64,000 bases of DNA from Alphaproteobacteria bacterium (GCA_965214255.1 OZ243948.1:452916-516915), one strand, 5' to 3'. Counted from the stretch's first letter, positions 51,915-62,305 are shown. Program-made: numbers and translations. The notes: generated by a model not told the origin, from the sequence alone.

Positions 51915-52853
51915 TCATCGCCGCCGTTTCCGACGTCCCTTGATGTCGGCCGTCAGCGGCGCGCGCATGGTTTCATAGAGCTTGAACAGATGCCGGACGC
52001 GCTCGCGTTCGGAGGCGAAGCCGCTACGTCGGTAGAGACGGTCCACGGCGCTATCGAGGCGGGCATGGGCGCGGCGCAAGTCCGGCGGCGTCAGGTCCGG
52101 GTCGTAGAGATTGGCCAGCGCGGCCCCGGCGTGGGCGGCGCGGGCGTCGAGCACGGCTTGGGCGAGCGGTTCCAGCCTCAAAAGGTCGGCGCTTCCGTCC
52201 GCAAAGCCCGGCGGCAGCGGGAAGGTATTGTAGACGAGGCCGATGGAGTAGCGGTAGTCGCTTTTCAGTCGTCCGCCGATCTGGCGCAGCCAGGCCATGT
52301 GCATGGCGGAGGTGAGCAGGGCAAAGTCGGTGAGCGCGGCGTTTTCCAGAATCTTCATGGCATTGCTGGGAATGACCGGCGGTTCAAGCCAGCCGATGGG
52401 CGCGTATTCGCGCCGCTCCGAACTCGTTTCGGGCATGACCAGGAAAGGCGCGTTGGGGATGACGTTGACGTGGTAGAGCGTCGGCGTTGCCGCGAGCTTG
52501 ACCGTGGGTCCGCTCTTGCTGGCCTCGCGGTAGGCGCGGACGGCGGCGATCCGTTCGCGCACCCGCGGCAACTCTGCCAGCACATCAGGCGGCGCGTCGT
52601 GCAAGGCCAGGATCCAGCGCTCGCCGCCTTGCAGATATTCACGCGCGCCGACGAACGGGTGCAGATACGGCGCGGCCCTCGGTTCCGCGTCCAGGAACGC
52701 GGCGCGTTCCGCCTCGTCGAAGATGTAATGCCCGCCGTCGATGGGCTTGGAGCCGATGATCAGCCGCCCCATGCCGTTGATCGGGCGGCTTTCCTCGCGC
52801 ACCGTGAGGTGCGGGTCGCTCAGATCTCCGGCATCGAACAGATAGGGCGACAA
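51915..52853 (-). CDS. C-terminal segment of an MmeI-family (Type IIL/IIG) restriction-modification enzyme; out of frame with the upstream part
   Basis: …GSKPIDGGHYIF…, …VYNTFPLP… and the C-terminal helical region match the conserved MmeI-family C-terminal half; this frame stays open upstream to the G9 tract. Confidence 0.65.
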   Translation of the reverse strand: MSPYLFDAGDLSDPHLTVREESRPINGMGRLIIGSKPIDGGHYIFDEAERAAFLDAEPRAAPYLHPFVGAREYLQGGERWILALHDAPPDVLAELPRVRERIAAVRAYREASKSGPTVKLAATPTLYHVNVIPNAPFLVMPETSSERREYAPIGWLEPPVIPSNAMKILENAALTDFALLTSAMHMAWLRQIGGRLKSDYRYSIGLVYNTFPLPPGFADGSADLLRLEPLAQAVLDARAAHAGAALANLYDPDLTPPDLRRAHARLDSAVDRLYRRSGFASERERVRHLFKLYETMRAPLTADIKGRRKRRR

Positions 52854-54717
52854 CGCCGCGTGGCGGCTTTCCTCCGGCGCGCCCTTGATGTCGGGATAAT
52901 TGAACAGACGCTTCTGCGCTCGTGTACGCCCCCCCCCAACCGAGCCCGACGATCACCACATGCACGTGGGCCTTGCCGCGTGCGTCCGAGCCCCAGACGA
53001 AGGTGCGGTGCGCGAAGGCGATTTCCAGCCCGCAGCGCTCGAACAGCAGCGGCCAAAGCTGCGCCACCTGTTCGCCCTGGCTGATCGAGTTGGTGGCGAC
53101 GAAGCCGATACGGGTACCGCCGCCTCTCACATACTCCCCCGCCTTGATGAACCACGCGGCGACGTAATCCAGCGTCCCCCCGCTCTTGCCCAGCGCCGCG
53201 ATGCGGCGTACCTGCGCGCGCTGCTCCGGCGTCTGAAACTTCGCCCCCGCAAACGGCGGGTTGCCGAACAGGTATGAGCAGGTCTGCGGCGGCAGCACCG
53301 CCCGCCAGTCGATCTCCAGCGCGTCGCCGTGGACGATGCGCGGCGATTTCTCAAGGGGGATGCGCGCATAAGTCCGGCCGAACTCCAGGCTCAGCCGGTT
53401 GTTCATGATGTGGTCCATCATCCACAGCGCGGTCTCCGCGATGCGCGCCGGGAACTCGCCGAGTTCGATCCCGTAGAACCGGTCGACGTCGATCACCGAC
53501 AGGGTCTCAGCCAGAGCGTCGGTCTGCCGTCCGTCCGGCGCCCTCGGGTGGATTTCCTTCAGCACCTCGATTTCCAGAAGCCTCAGTTCGCGGTAGGCGA
53601 TGATGAGGAAGTTGCCGCAGCCGCAGGCGGGGTCGAAAAAACGCATGGCGCCCAGCTTCTCCTGAAACGCCAGCAGGTCGGGGCGCCGGCGGCTGTCGCG
53701 GCGCGCTTGCAGCCGCGCGAACTCGGCGCGCAGATCGTCCAGAAACAGCGGCTCGATCACTTTCAAGATGTTCGTCTCGGTGGTGTAGTGCGCGCCTTGG
53801 GCGCGGCGCTCCGCCGGGTCCATGACCGACTGGAACAGCGCGCCGAAGACCGCGGGCGAGATGTTCGACCAGTCGAAGCGGCAGGCGTCGAGCAGCTTGG
53901 CGCGCATGTCTGAGTCGAAGGAGGGGATGCGCAGGGGCCCGTCGAACAGGTCGCCGTTGATATGGGGGAAGCGGGCCAGATCCTCGTCCAGCGTGGCGAC
54001 CCGCTCGCTCTCCGGCGTGTCCAGCACCTGGAACAGTTGCGCCAGCCAGGGCCCGAGGCCGGCGCCGTCCTCGGCGGTGCGGGTCTCGATGAAATCGAGG
54101 AAGATGTCGCGCGGCTCGAAGATGCCGGTATCGTCCGCGAACAGGCAGAAGACGATGCGCACGAGGAACCGCTCCAGGTCGTGCCCGCGGTAGCCGGCCG
54201 CGTCGAGGGCGTCGTGGAGCCGTCCGACCAGTTCTGCGGCCTCGATATTGGCCGGGTCCTGGTCTCGGAAGGCGCGGCGCTCGACGCCGAGGATGAAGCC
54301 GAACGCCTCGACATGGGCGGGCAGGTCGGCGAGGGCGAAGGCCGTGGTTCGGCGCTGGTCCAGATCGTGAAGCTCGAAGGTCTGAAAATCGCTCACCAGA
54401 ATGTAGCGGGGTCTCTCGCGCTCGGGCAGGGCGTCGAAATACGCCCCCGCCTGGTCCAGAGCCCCGGCGAGACCGCGCCCCGCGCTTTTCTGCTCGACCA
54501 TCAGCACGCCGGGCCAGAACAGGTCGATGAAGCCGCGCCTCTCGTCCAGCTTGGCCACGTGCGCCTCGTAGCGCGCCACCGTGCGGCGGCGGACGCCGAA
54601 CACTTCGAAGAAGTCGTTGTAGAAACTCTGGGTCTCGCCTCTCTCGTAAGACGCCTCGCCCCACTCCCGGGCAAAAGCGGCCGCCCGCGCGCGTACCTCG
54701 TTCCATGACAGGCGCAC
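52639..54717 (-). CDS. MmeI-family Type IIL restriction-modification enzyme, N-terminal nuclease + N6-adenine methyltransferase part; truncated by a frameshift at a G9 tract
   Basis: N-terminus MRLSWNEVRARAAAFAREWGEASYERGETQSFYNDFFEVFGV…FIDLFWPGVLMVEQKSAGRGL closely parallels the MmeI nuclease domain (D-x-E-x-K); methyltransferase motif I FDPACGCGNFLIIAY and motif IV GNPPFAG; the coding sense is lost directly after …HVHVVIVGLGWGG (poly-G). Confidence 0.8.
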   Translation of the reverse strand: MRLSWNEVRARAAAFAREWGEASYERGETQSFYNDFFEVFGVRRRTVARYEAHVAKLDERRGFIDLFWPGVLMVEQKSAGRGLAGALDQAGAYFDALPERERPRYILVSDFQTFELHDLDQRRTTAFALADLPAHVEAFGFILGVERRAFRDQDPANIEAAELVGRLHDALDAAGYRGHDLERFLVRIVFCLFADDTGIFEPRDIFLDFIETRTAEDGAGLGPWLAQLFQVLDTPESERVATLDEDLARFPHINGDLFDGPLRIPSFDSDMRAKLLDACRFDWSNISPAVFGALFQSVMDPAERRAQGAHYTTETNILKVIEPLFLDDLRAEFARLQARRDSRRRPDLLAFQEKLGAMRFFDPACGCGNFLIIAYRELRLLEIEVLKEIHPRAPDGRQTDALAETLSVIDVDRFYGIELGEFPARIAETALWMMDHIMNNRLSLEFGRTYARIPLEKSPRIVHGDALEIDWRAVLPPQTCSYLFGNPPFAGAKFQTPEQRAQVRRIAALGKSGGTLDYVAAWFIKAGEYVRGGGTRIGFVATNSISQGEQVAQLWPLLFERCGLEIAFAHRTFVWGSDARGKAHVHVVIVGLGWGGAYTSAEASVQLSRHQGRAGGKPPRGVVALSVRCRRSERPAPHGARGKPPDQRHGAADHRLQAHRRRALHLRRGGTRRVPGRGTEGRAVSAPVRRRA
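52929..52937 (-). repeat. Homopolymeric G9 (C9 on the + strand) tract at the frameshift point inside the MmeI-family gene
   Basis: + strand …cgtgtacgCCCCCCCCCaaccgag…; a G8 would read …GLGWGGRTRAQKRLFNYPDIKGAPEESRHAALSPYLFDAGD… straight into the downstream ORF. Confidence 0.9.
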
Positions 54718-54720
54718 GGC

Positions 54721-55650
54721 CTACAGTGCTTCCTGATCGAAATAGTCCTCGTCGATCTGCTTGATCTCGTGAGTGACGCGCGTCCGCACGCCGACTCCAT
54801 GCTGAACCATGAGTTGCGCCAGTTTCTCGCCGTCGATGAGCACGATCCGCTTCGGGCTCCGCGCCAAATATTTCTCGGCCGCAGGCGTGAATCTGGCGGT
54901 GGTGACGAATACGCCCTTGGTCATGCCCGCAGCGTCGAGCGCGCCCGCGAAGTCGCGCAGGGCGCTCTCACCGACGGTGTTGCCTTCAGCGTACCTTTTC
55001 GCCTGTATGTAGATCTTATCCAAGCCAAGCGCGTCCTCATTTATTATGCCGTCGATCCCGCCGTCGCCTGAACCCCCGGTCACTTGGCCTCTCTCGGCAA
55101 CGCCTCTACCGTAGCCCATTTTGATCAACAAATCGCGAACCGCGCGTTCAAGAAACGCGGGTTCGGCGCTGCGAACCCGGTCCAGCACGTCGGCTTCCAG
55201 TTCGCCGCGCAATCGCAGGGCGGCGCGTTCCAGCGCTTCCTCCGGCGTTTCAGAAATGTCATCGCTCCGAGTTTCCGTCTCACCCTTGTCGGAAGACGGA
55301 GCGTTCGCCCTGCGCGACCACCCGGCGTAATCCGGGTACTCTCTCAGCAGTTTTATGTCGATGCGCGAAGGGTCGCGGGACAACAAGTCTGCGCCTTCCT
55401 GCGTCAATCTATATACGCCGCGGCCAACGCGTTCCAGAAGACCGGCACTGTGCATGTACTTTACGGCCCAACTCACGCGGTTCACGAATATCGTCTGGCG
55501 GCCGCTCGGGAGCAGTTCCCGAACATCGTCGGCGGAAAGCCCCTCGGCGGCGGCGACCCGGTCGCGAATTTCCGACACCGGCGTATCGGCGCGGGAGGCG
55601 AACGCCTTGAGGACGGGAAGCATCAATGACTGAAAGTCAGGAACGGGCAT
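54721..55650 (-). CDS. mrr: Type IV (modification-dependent) restriction endonuclease Mrr
   Basis: Mrr_N winged-helix N-terminus MPVPDFQSLMLPVLKAF…; C-terminal Mrr_cat …GGIDGIINEDALGLDKIYIQAKRY… PD-(D/E)xK/QxK motif. Confidence 0.85.
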   Translation of the reverse strand: MPVPDFQSLMLPVLKAFASRADTPVSEIRDRVAAAEGLSADDVRELLPSGRQTIFVNRVSWAVKYMHSAGLLERVGRGVYRLTQEGADLLSRDPSRIDIKLLREYPDYAGWSRRANAPSSDKGETETRSDDISETPEEALERAALRLRGELEADVLDRVRSAEPAFLERAVRDLLIKMGYGRGVAERGQVTGGSGDGGIDGIINEDALGLDKIYIQAKRYAEGNTVGESALRDFAGALDAAGMTKGVFVTTARFTPAAEKYLARSPKRIVLIDGEKLAQLMVQHGVGVRTRVTHEIKQIDEDYFDQEAL

Positions 55651-55860
55651 CGGCGACCACTCCCTTATGCCAAAGCTTCGAGATGCGGCGATGCGCCGAC
55701 CGTTGAAGAGAAGATTCGTATCATGCGCGCCAACTGTAATCTCCGTTGCGAATGAGGTAAAGGACTCCGGACACGGGATGTAAGCCGGTCATTCGACGGG
55801 GGGATTCGAAGTTTGGTTTGACAACGCTGCAAGGCGCCCATATGCCGGACAAGGAAAACA

Positions 55861-58800
55861 ATGGCGCAACTCGCATCCAATCACAGTTCATTCGTACATC
55901 TGCGCCTTCATACCGCTTACTCGCTGTCCGAGGGCGCGATACACATCGCACGGCTGCCGGATTTCTGTCGGGAATTCGGAATGCCGGCGCTCGCGATAAC
56001 GGATAAGAACAATCTTTTCGGAGCCTTGGAGTTTTCTACGACACTCGCGGCCGAAGGCATTCAACCCATCGTCGGCTGCAGTTTGGCGCTTGGTCTGGGA
56101 AATGAGTCTTCCGGTGGCGCCGGCTCTTCGGAACAGGAGGGGGGCGATCGGCCGGCATATCCCTCGATTGCGCTCCTTGTCAAAAACGAAACCGGTTATT
56201 TGAATCTTCTGCGGCTTTCGAGCAAAGCGTTCGAGCGGGCGCGCGGGGCGCGCGGACCTCACGTCACGCTCAAGGAGTTGGAGTCTCGCGCCGCCGGTCT
56301 GATCGCGCTTACGGGAGGACGGGAAGGGCCCATCGATCAGGCCTTGCTGGACGGCGCGCACGGGCGGTCCAAACATCTGTTGGATAGGCTCGGGAACATC
56401 TACCCGGACAACCTTTATGTCGAGTTGCAACGGCATGGGGACGAACGCTTTGAAGCGGTCAATAACGACCTGGTCGAATTGGCCTATGATTTCGACCTTC
56501 CTCTTGTCGCTACGAACGAACCCTACTTCCTGACCGGAGACTTGGCCGAAGCGCACGATGTTCTTTTGTGTATTTCTCAAGGGGCATACGTGACCCAACA
56601 GCATCGCCGCCGTCTGACTCCCGAACACTATATCAAGTCCCCGCAGGACATGGTCGATCTCTTCGAGGATCTGCCCGAAGCGATCGACCATACGATCGAG
56701 ATTTCACAACGCTGCTCATACATTCCGGAGCCGCGCGAGCCCATACTGCCCAAATACCGGTCCCGGACGGAAAAAACGGAGTCGGAAGACCTCCGCGAGC
56801 AGGCCGAGGCCGGTCTGCGCGCACGGCTTTCGGAATTCGAATTGGCCGACTCGGAGGACACTTATTGGCAGCGTTTGAATTTCGAACTTGATGTCATAAC
56901 CCGAATGGATTTTACCAGCTATTTTTTGATCGTCGCCGATTTCATCAAATGGGCCAAACAGCAGGGTATACCGGTCGGTCCCGGCCGCGGATCCGGCGCC
57001 GGCTCCGTTGTGGCGTGGGCTTTGACCATTACGGACCTGGACCCGCTGCGATTCGGTCTTCTTTTCGAAAGATTTCTCAATCCCGACCGGGTGTCGATGC
57101 CCGATTTCGATATCGACTTTTGTCAGGAACGCCGCGACGAAGTGATCCGCTATGTACAGGAAAAATACGGCAGCGACCATGTGGCGCAGATCATCACGTT
57201 CGGAAAGCTTCAAGCGCGAGCGGTTGTGCGAGACGTCGGCCGCGTCCTGGAGGTATCGTACGGGCAGGTCGACCGCATTTCCAAACTCATTCCGAACAAT
57301 CCCGCCAATCCGGTGTCGCTCGGTCGAGCGATCGACGGCGAACCCGATCTTCAACACCAGATACGAACCGACGAAACGGTCGCACGGTTGACCGAGATCG
57401 CCTTGAAGTTGGAAGGACTTTACCGGCATGCGTCGACGCATGCCGCCGGCGTCGTCATCGGCGATCGTCCGCTCGATGAGCTGGTCCCCATCTATTTTGA
57501 TCCCCGGTCCGATATGCCGGTGACCCAATTCAATCTCGAATGGGTCGAGCGTGCGGGGCTCGTGAAATTCGATTTCCTGGGATTGAAGACGCTTACGGTT
57601 TTGGAGCGGGCGAAGCGGCTGCTCGCGGCGCGGGGCGTGGAGATCGATCTGAACCGTTTGCCTCTCGATGACGAAAAAACCTATGCCATGCTGGCGCGGG
57701 GAGACGCCATCGGGGTGTTTCAGTTCGAAGGCAGCGGCATGCGGGAGCTTCTCCGGCAGGCCGAGCCCGGTAATTTCGAGGATCTGGTTGCCCTGGTCGC
57801 CCTGTTTCGCCCGGGACCCATGGAAAACATTCCGAAATATTTGGCCTGCAAACACGGGCGGGAAAAACCGGAGTTTCTTCACGAGTCCGTCGAGCCCATT
57901 GTTGCCGACACGTATGGCGTCATCATTTACCAAGAGCAGGTCATGCAAATTGCTCAGGTTCTTTCCGGCTATTCCCTGGGAGAGGCCGATTTGCTTCGTC
58001 GCGCCATGGGAAAGAAAAAGAAAGATGAGATGGCAAAACAGAAAAGCCGTTTTATCGATGGGGCGGTTGCAAGAGGCGTCGATCGCCGCCGCGCCGATTA
58101 TATTTTCGAATTGGTGGCCAAATTTGCAGGTTACGGTTTCAACAAGAGTCACTCGGCGGGCTACGCGTTGGTGGCGTATCAGACGGCCTATATCAAGGCC
58201 AATTATCCGATTGAATTTTTTGCCGCCTCGATGACTTTGGATAAGGGCAATACGGACAAACTGAGCACCTTCAGACAAGACGCCGAGAAGCAGAAGATCC
58301 GGATTCTACCGCCGGATATCAATCGGTCGGACGTGGATTTCACCGTTATCGAGGGACAGATCGTTTATGCGCTCTCAGCCATTAAAAATGTCGGCGAGCA
58401 GGCCATGCGCAAATTGGTCGAAGCGCGGGAAGAAGGCGGTCCGTTCAAGGATCTTGGCGATTTCGCAAGGCGGATTGATCCGAGGTTTCTCAACAAACGC
58501 GCGATCGAGAATCTGGCAAGGGCGGGAGCGTTCGACTGTCTGTTCACCAATCGCGCGCAAATCTTGGCCGGATGCGAGGTGCTTTTAAGCCAGGCCGTGC
58601 ATGCGGCGGAAGAACGGGCGAGTTCGCAATCCAACCTGTTCGGCGGGGACGTGACCGCACTCACGAAACTTGATCTTCCGCCTGCTGAGGAATGGACTCC
58701 TCATGAGAGCCTGGATCAGGAAATGCAAGCGGTTGGCTTCTATCTGTCGGGGCATCCGCTTGACGATCATCGCGACATTTTGCGCGACCGAAACGTTGTC

Positions 58801-59352
58801 CTCTTTTCGGAACTTCAGGACCGGACGGAACGACAATCCGGCATAGTCAATCTGGCGGGTACGATTCTCAAACGGCGGAATCGCCGGTCTCAGCGAAGCG
58901 ATCGCCAATTTGCCCATATTCTGCTTTCCGATCCCACGGGAAGCTTTGAAGTCACCTTCTTTTCGGACACTCTTTTACGGGCCTCGGAACTGCTCAATCC
59001 CGGCAGGTCCGTTGTCGTAACGACAGCGGTGGAACGGGAGGGGGACGACCTCAGGCTGACGGCAAAAGCGGTCAGGTCTCTCGATGAGGTTCTTGCCAAG
59101 GCGTTTGACGGATTTCGCGTATTCATCAATAAGCCGGAAAGCGTGGAATCGATCAGAAAGACGCTGCAATCAATCACGGACAAGAAAAGTGACCGGGATT
59201 TATCCACCTCCGGCCGTATCAACCTCGTTCTGTTGGTGGAATCCGAAAAGCACGAAGTCGAGATCAGATTGCCGGGCCAAATCCCGATGGCGCCCGGGCT
59301 CAAAGGCGCGCTGATGGCGCTGGGAGGCGTGATCGACGTCCAGGAACTTTAG
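55861..59352 (+). CDS. dnaE: DNA polymerase III subunit alpha
   Basis: 1163 aa; PHP domain FVHLRLHTAYSLSEGA; polymerase core …FDFLGLKTLTV…; OB-fold C-terminus. Confidence 0.95.
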   Translation: MAQLASNHSSFVHLRLHTAYSLSEGAIHIARLPDFCREFGMPALAITDKNNLFGALEFSTTLAAEGIQPIVGCSLALGLGNESSGGAGSSEQEGGDRPAYPSIALLVKNETGYLNLLRLSSKAFERARGARGPHVTLKELESRAAGLIALTGGREGPIDQALLDGAHGRSKHLLDRLGNIYPDNLYVELQRHGDERFEAVNNDLVELAYDFDLPLVATNEPYFLTGDLAEAHDVLLCISQGAYVTQQHRRRLTPEHYIKSPQDMVDLFEDLPEAIDHTIEISQRCSYIPEPREPILPKYRSRTEKTESEDLREQAEAGLRARLSEFELADSEDTYWQRLNFELDVITRMDFTSYFLIVADFIKWAKQQGIPVGPGRGSGAGSVVAWALTITDLDPLRFGLLFERFLNPDRVSMPDFDIDFCQERRDEVIRYVQEKYGSDHVAQIITFGKLQARAVVRDVGRVLEVSYGQVDRISKLIPNNPANPVSLGRAIDGEPDLQHQIRTDETVARLTEIALKLEGLYRHASTHAAGVVIGDRPLDELVPIYFDPRSDMPVTQFNLEWVERAGLVKFDFLGLKTLTVLERAKRLLAARGVEIDLNRLPLDDEKTYAMLARGDAIGVFQFEGSGMRELLRQAEPGNFEDLVALVALFRPGPMENIPKYLACKHGREKPEFLHESVEPIVADTYGVIIYQEQVMQIAQVLSGYSLGEADLLRRAMGKKKKDEMAKQKSRFIDGAVARGVDRRRADYIFELVAKFAGYGFNKSHSAGYALVAYQTAYIKANYPIEFFAASMTLDKGNTDKLSTFRQDAEKQKIRILPPDINRSDVDFTVIEGQIVYALSAIKNVGEQAMRKLVEAREEGGPFKDLGDFARRIDPRFLNKRAIENLARAGAFDCLFTNRAQILAGCEVLLSQAVHAAEERASSQSNLFGGDVTALTKLDLPPAEEWTPHESLDQEMQAVGFYLSGHPLDDHRDILRDRNVVLFSELQDRTERQSGIVNLAGTILKRRNRRSQRSDRQFAHILLSDPTGSFEVTFFSDTLLRASELLNPGRSVVVTTAVEREGDDLRLTAKAVRSLDEVLAKAFDGFRVFINKPESVESIRKTLQSITDKKSDRDLSTSGRINLVLLVESEKHEVEIRLPGQIPMAPGLKGALMALGGVIDVQEL

Positions 59353-59564
59353 CCAACGCGGTGTTCCCGATATCGCGCGCTACGTCTTCAATAAGTCTTG
59401 GACAAGCCATGCCTTATCGCCTATAAGCTGCGTATCCCACACACGAGGCTTCGGCCCCTTGGCCCATATTGCCAGGGATGCGGCTCAAAAGGGTTGCAGG
59501 TCGTTCCGGTGTTTCGCCATGTCGAGACCAGCCTTGTGGAGGTCGAACCGGAGAAGGAAAGAGA

Positions 59565-60464
59565 ATGTCGCTGCCTGAATATTCCATGCGCCAGCTTCTG
59601 GAAGCCGGCGTTCACTTTGGCCACCAGACGCACCGGTGGAATCCGAAAATGGAACCCTACATTTTCGGAACTCGCAACAATATCCACATTATCGATCTGT
59701 CGAAAACGGTGCCGCTGTTGCATCAGGCCCTTGTTGCGATGCGCGACGTCGTGGCGGGCGGCGGCCGCGTTCTTTTTGTCGGCACGAAGCGTCAAGCTAC
59801 GGACAATTTATCCGAGGCCGCGAAGCGTTGCGCTCAATATTACATAAATCACCGGTGGCTCGGCGGGACGCTGACGAATTGGAAGACCATTTCACATTCG
59901 ATCGAGCGGCTTCGGCATCTGGAAGGATACTTGGCTGAGGACGACACGGGGCTGACTAAAAAAGAACTGCTCAAACTGACGAGAGAGAAAGACAAGCTCG
60001 ACCGCGCTCTCGGTGGAATCAAGGACATGGGCGGCATACCTGACATCATTTTCGTCATCGATACCAATAAAGAAACGATCGCCATCAAAGAGGGCATCAA
60101 GCTCAACATACCGGTTGTGGCTATCGTCGATACGAACTCGGACCCTGAAGGCATTACCTATCCCATTCCCGGCAATGACGATGCCACGCGCGCAATTACG
60201 CTCTATTGTGATCTCGTCGCCCGCGCGGTGCTTGACGGAATTTCCGAGAGTCAGGTGACTTCAGGCGTGGATATCGGCGCGGCGCAAGAACCGTCCGAGG
60301 AAGGATTGCCCGATCCTCAAACGACGGAGGCGGTAGGCGATCCGGCTTTGGAAAACACTGCGGATCAGACCGGTCAATCGACCCCGGCGTCAGACATGCC
60401 GGAGTCCATCGAAGACGCAGGCGACTCGTCCGCGGACAAGGAAGCGAAGGAAGCGTCGGCTTGA
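59565..60464 (+). CDS. rpsB: 30S ribosomal protein S2
   Basis: …[19 protein letters not shown]… S2 signature; acidic C-terminal tail; ATG at 59565 with RBS. Confidence 0.93.
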   Translation: MSLPEYSMRQLLEAGVHFGHQTHRWNPKMEPYIFGTRNNIHIIDLSKTVPLLHQALVAMRDVVAGGGRVLFVGTKRQATDNLSEAAKRCAQYYINHRWLGGTLTNWKTISHSIERLRHLEGYLAEDDTGLTKKELLKLTREKDKLDRALGGIKDMGGIPDIIFVIDTNKETIAIKEGIKLNIPVVAIVDTNSDPEGITYPIPGNDDATRAITLYCDLVARAVLDGISESQVTSGVDIGAAQEPSEEGLPDPQTTEAVGDPALENTADQTGQSTPASDMPESIEDAGDSSADKEAKEASA

Positions 60465-60527
60465 AAGAAGTTTTCGTCCGCCGTGAAAAGTAGTGCGGCA
60501 CCAATCTATGGACAGGGCAGGCAAGAG

Positions 60528-61475
60528 ATGTCGAATATTTCCGCTTCATCGGTGAGGGCGCTGAGGGAAAAGACCGGCGCCGGTATCATGGATTGCAAAA
60601 CCGCGCTCACGGCAACCAATAGTGACATGGCGGCCGCCGTCGACTGGTTGAGGACGAAAGGTTTGGCCGAGGCGGCGAAAAAGGCAGGCCGGGTTGCCGC
60701 GGAGGGCTTGGTGGTCGTGGCGCTGGAAAACGCTCAACCGCCGCGTCGGGGGGCGGTCGTGGAGATAAACTCCGAGACGGATTTCGTCGCGCGGAATAAG
60801 ACTTTTCAGGAGTTTGCCGGCACTGTGGCTCAACTTGCTTTACAAGCCGGAGGCGACCTGGACAAACTTTTGAGAATGCGGTTTCCGGGTACGGACGTGC
60901 CGGTTTCGGAACATGTAAAGAGCATGGTGGCCACCGTAGGCGAAAATATCTCGGTGCGTCGTTGCGCTCTGACCGAGATTGCGGAAGGTACGATCGTTCC
61001 TTATGTCCATAATAAGATCGCCGCCGATATGGGAAAAATCGCCGTGCTGGTGGCGCTCAATTCACGCGCAGATCCTTCGGGTCTGTATGAACTGGGAAGG
61101 CAATTGGCCATGCACGTGGCCTCCGCGGATCCTTTGTCTCTGAGAGAAGATGATTTGGACCGCGATGTCATTGCCAGGGAAAGGGCGGTTTTCACCGAAC
61201 AGGCCCGGGCATTGGGAAAACCTGAAAATATCGTCGAGAATATAGTCAAAGGACGCCTTGGGAAGTTCTTCAAAGAGCGGGTCCTGCTTGCGCAGACTTT
61301 TGTGATCGACGGCGAAACCAGTATCGGCGACGTTCTGGAGACGGCTTCGCAAAACCTCGGTGCGTCCGTCGCAATCGACAGTTTTATTCGTTTTCAACTG
61401 GGCGAGGGTATCGAGAAGAGTGGATCCGATCCCCGCGATTTTGCCGACGAAGTCGCCGCCATTGCCGGGACGTGA
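60528..61475 (+). CDS. tsf: Elongation factor Ts
   Basis: …VRALREKTGAGIMDCKTAL… UBA-like N-terminus; dimerisation core. Confidence 0.93.
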   Translation: MSNISASSVRALREKTGAGIMDCKTALTATNSDMAAAVDWLRTKGLAEAAKKAGRVAAEGLVVVALENAQPPRRGAVVEINSETDFVARNKTFQEFAGTVAQLALQAGGDLDKLLRMRFPGTDVPVSEHVKSMVATVGENISVRRCALTEIAEGTIVPYVHNKIAADMGKIAVLVALNSRADPSGLYELGRQLAMHVASADPLSLREDDLDRDVIARERAVFTEQARALGKPENIVENIVKGRLGKFFKERVLLAQTFVIDGETSIGDVLETASQNLGASVAIDSFIRFQLGEGIEKSGSDPRDFADEVAAIAGT

Positions 61476-61549
61476 GCAATATCATGGTCCGCTACCGGAG
61501 TTTTAATGTTTTATTTCAATATATCCATTTAAATATTTGAATTTAATAA

Positions 61550-62305
61550 ATGAAATCGCTCAAGAAAACGGCGGATGATCTTGTTCGCTCTGAAAATCCG
61601 GAATATGCCAGAGTTCTTTTGAAGATATCCGGTGAAGCCCTTGTGGGCGAAGACTCCTTCGGGATCGATCTGGGTACGGTGACTCGTGTTGCCGGTGAGA
61701 TGCGCGACGCCGTCAATGAAGGTGTCCAGGTATGTATGGTGATCGGCGGCGGCAACATATTCCGGGGCCTGTCGGGAGCCGCCAAAGGCATGGATCGAGC
61801 GAGCGCCGATTATATGGGGATGCTGGCCACGGTCATGAACGCTCTGGCCATGCAAAATGCGCTCGAAGGTCTTGGTATTCAGACCCGCATCCAGTCCGCG
61901 ATTCCCATGTCCAGCGTTTGCGAGCCGTTTATTCGCCGCCGCGCCGTGCGGCATATGGAGAAGGGCCGCCTCGTTATTTTCGCGGCGGGGACGGGCAATC
62001 CCTTTTTTACTACGGATACGGCCGCCGCCCTTCGCGCGGCTGAAATGAGCTGCGATGCGTTAATCAAAGGCACCCGGGTCGACGGTGTTTATTCGGCGGA
62101 CCCCAAGCTGGACAAGTCGGCAGTACGTTATGACGAGTTGTCATATTTGGACGTTTTGTCACGGGATCTTAAAGTGATGGACGCCTCGGCCATAAGCATC
62201 GCAAGGGAGAACAACGTGCCGATTGTCGTGTTCGATATCAAGGAAAAAGGCGGGTTTGTTCGCGTCCTCAAAGGCGAGGGAAGATCTACTGTCATTAGAG
62301 GATAG
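61550..62305 (+). CDS. pyrH: UMP kinase
   Basis: …LLKISGEAL…[10 protein letters not shown]… amino-acid-kinase-fold motifs. Confidence 0.93.
   Translation: MKSLKKTADDLVRSENPEYARVLLKISGEALVGEDSFGIDLGTVTRVAGEMRDAVNEGVQVCMVIGGGNIFRGLSGAAKGMDRASADYMGMLATVMNALAMQNALEGLGIQTRIQSAIPMSSVCEPFIRRRAVRHMEKGRLVIFAAGTGNPFFTTDTAAALRAAEMSCDALIKGTRVDGVYSADPKLDKSAVRYDELSYLDVLSRDLKVMDASAISIARENNVPIVVFDIKEKGGFVRVLKGEGRSTVIRG

Noticed and set aside
53507-54706. 399-aa alternative-frame ORF inside the MmeI-like gene
   Set aside because: Same strand but the wrong frame. Its proline/arginine-rich translation lacks the MmeI motifs present in the chosen frame.
55795-55812. GGGGGATTCGAAG resembling a tRNA T-loop near the mrr/dnaE spacer (possible island att remnant)
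   Set aside because: The flanks do not form a T-stem or acceptor stem, and there is no matching repeat at the other end of the islet. Most likely coincidence.
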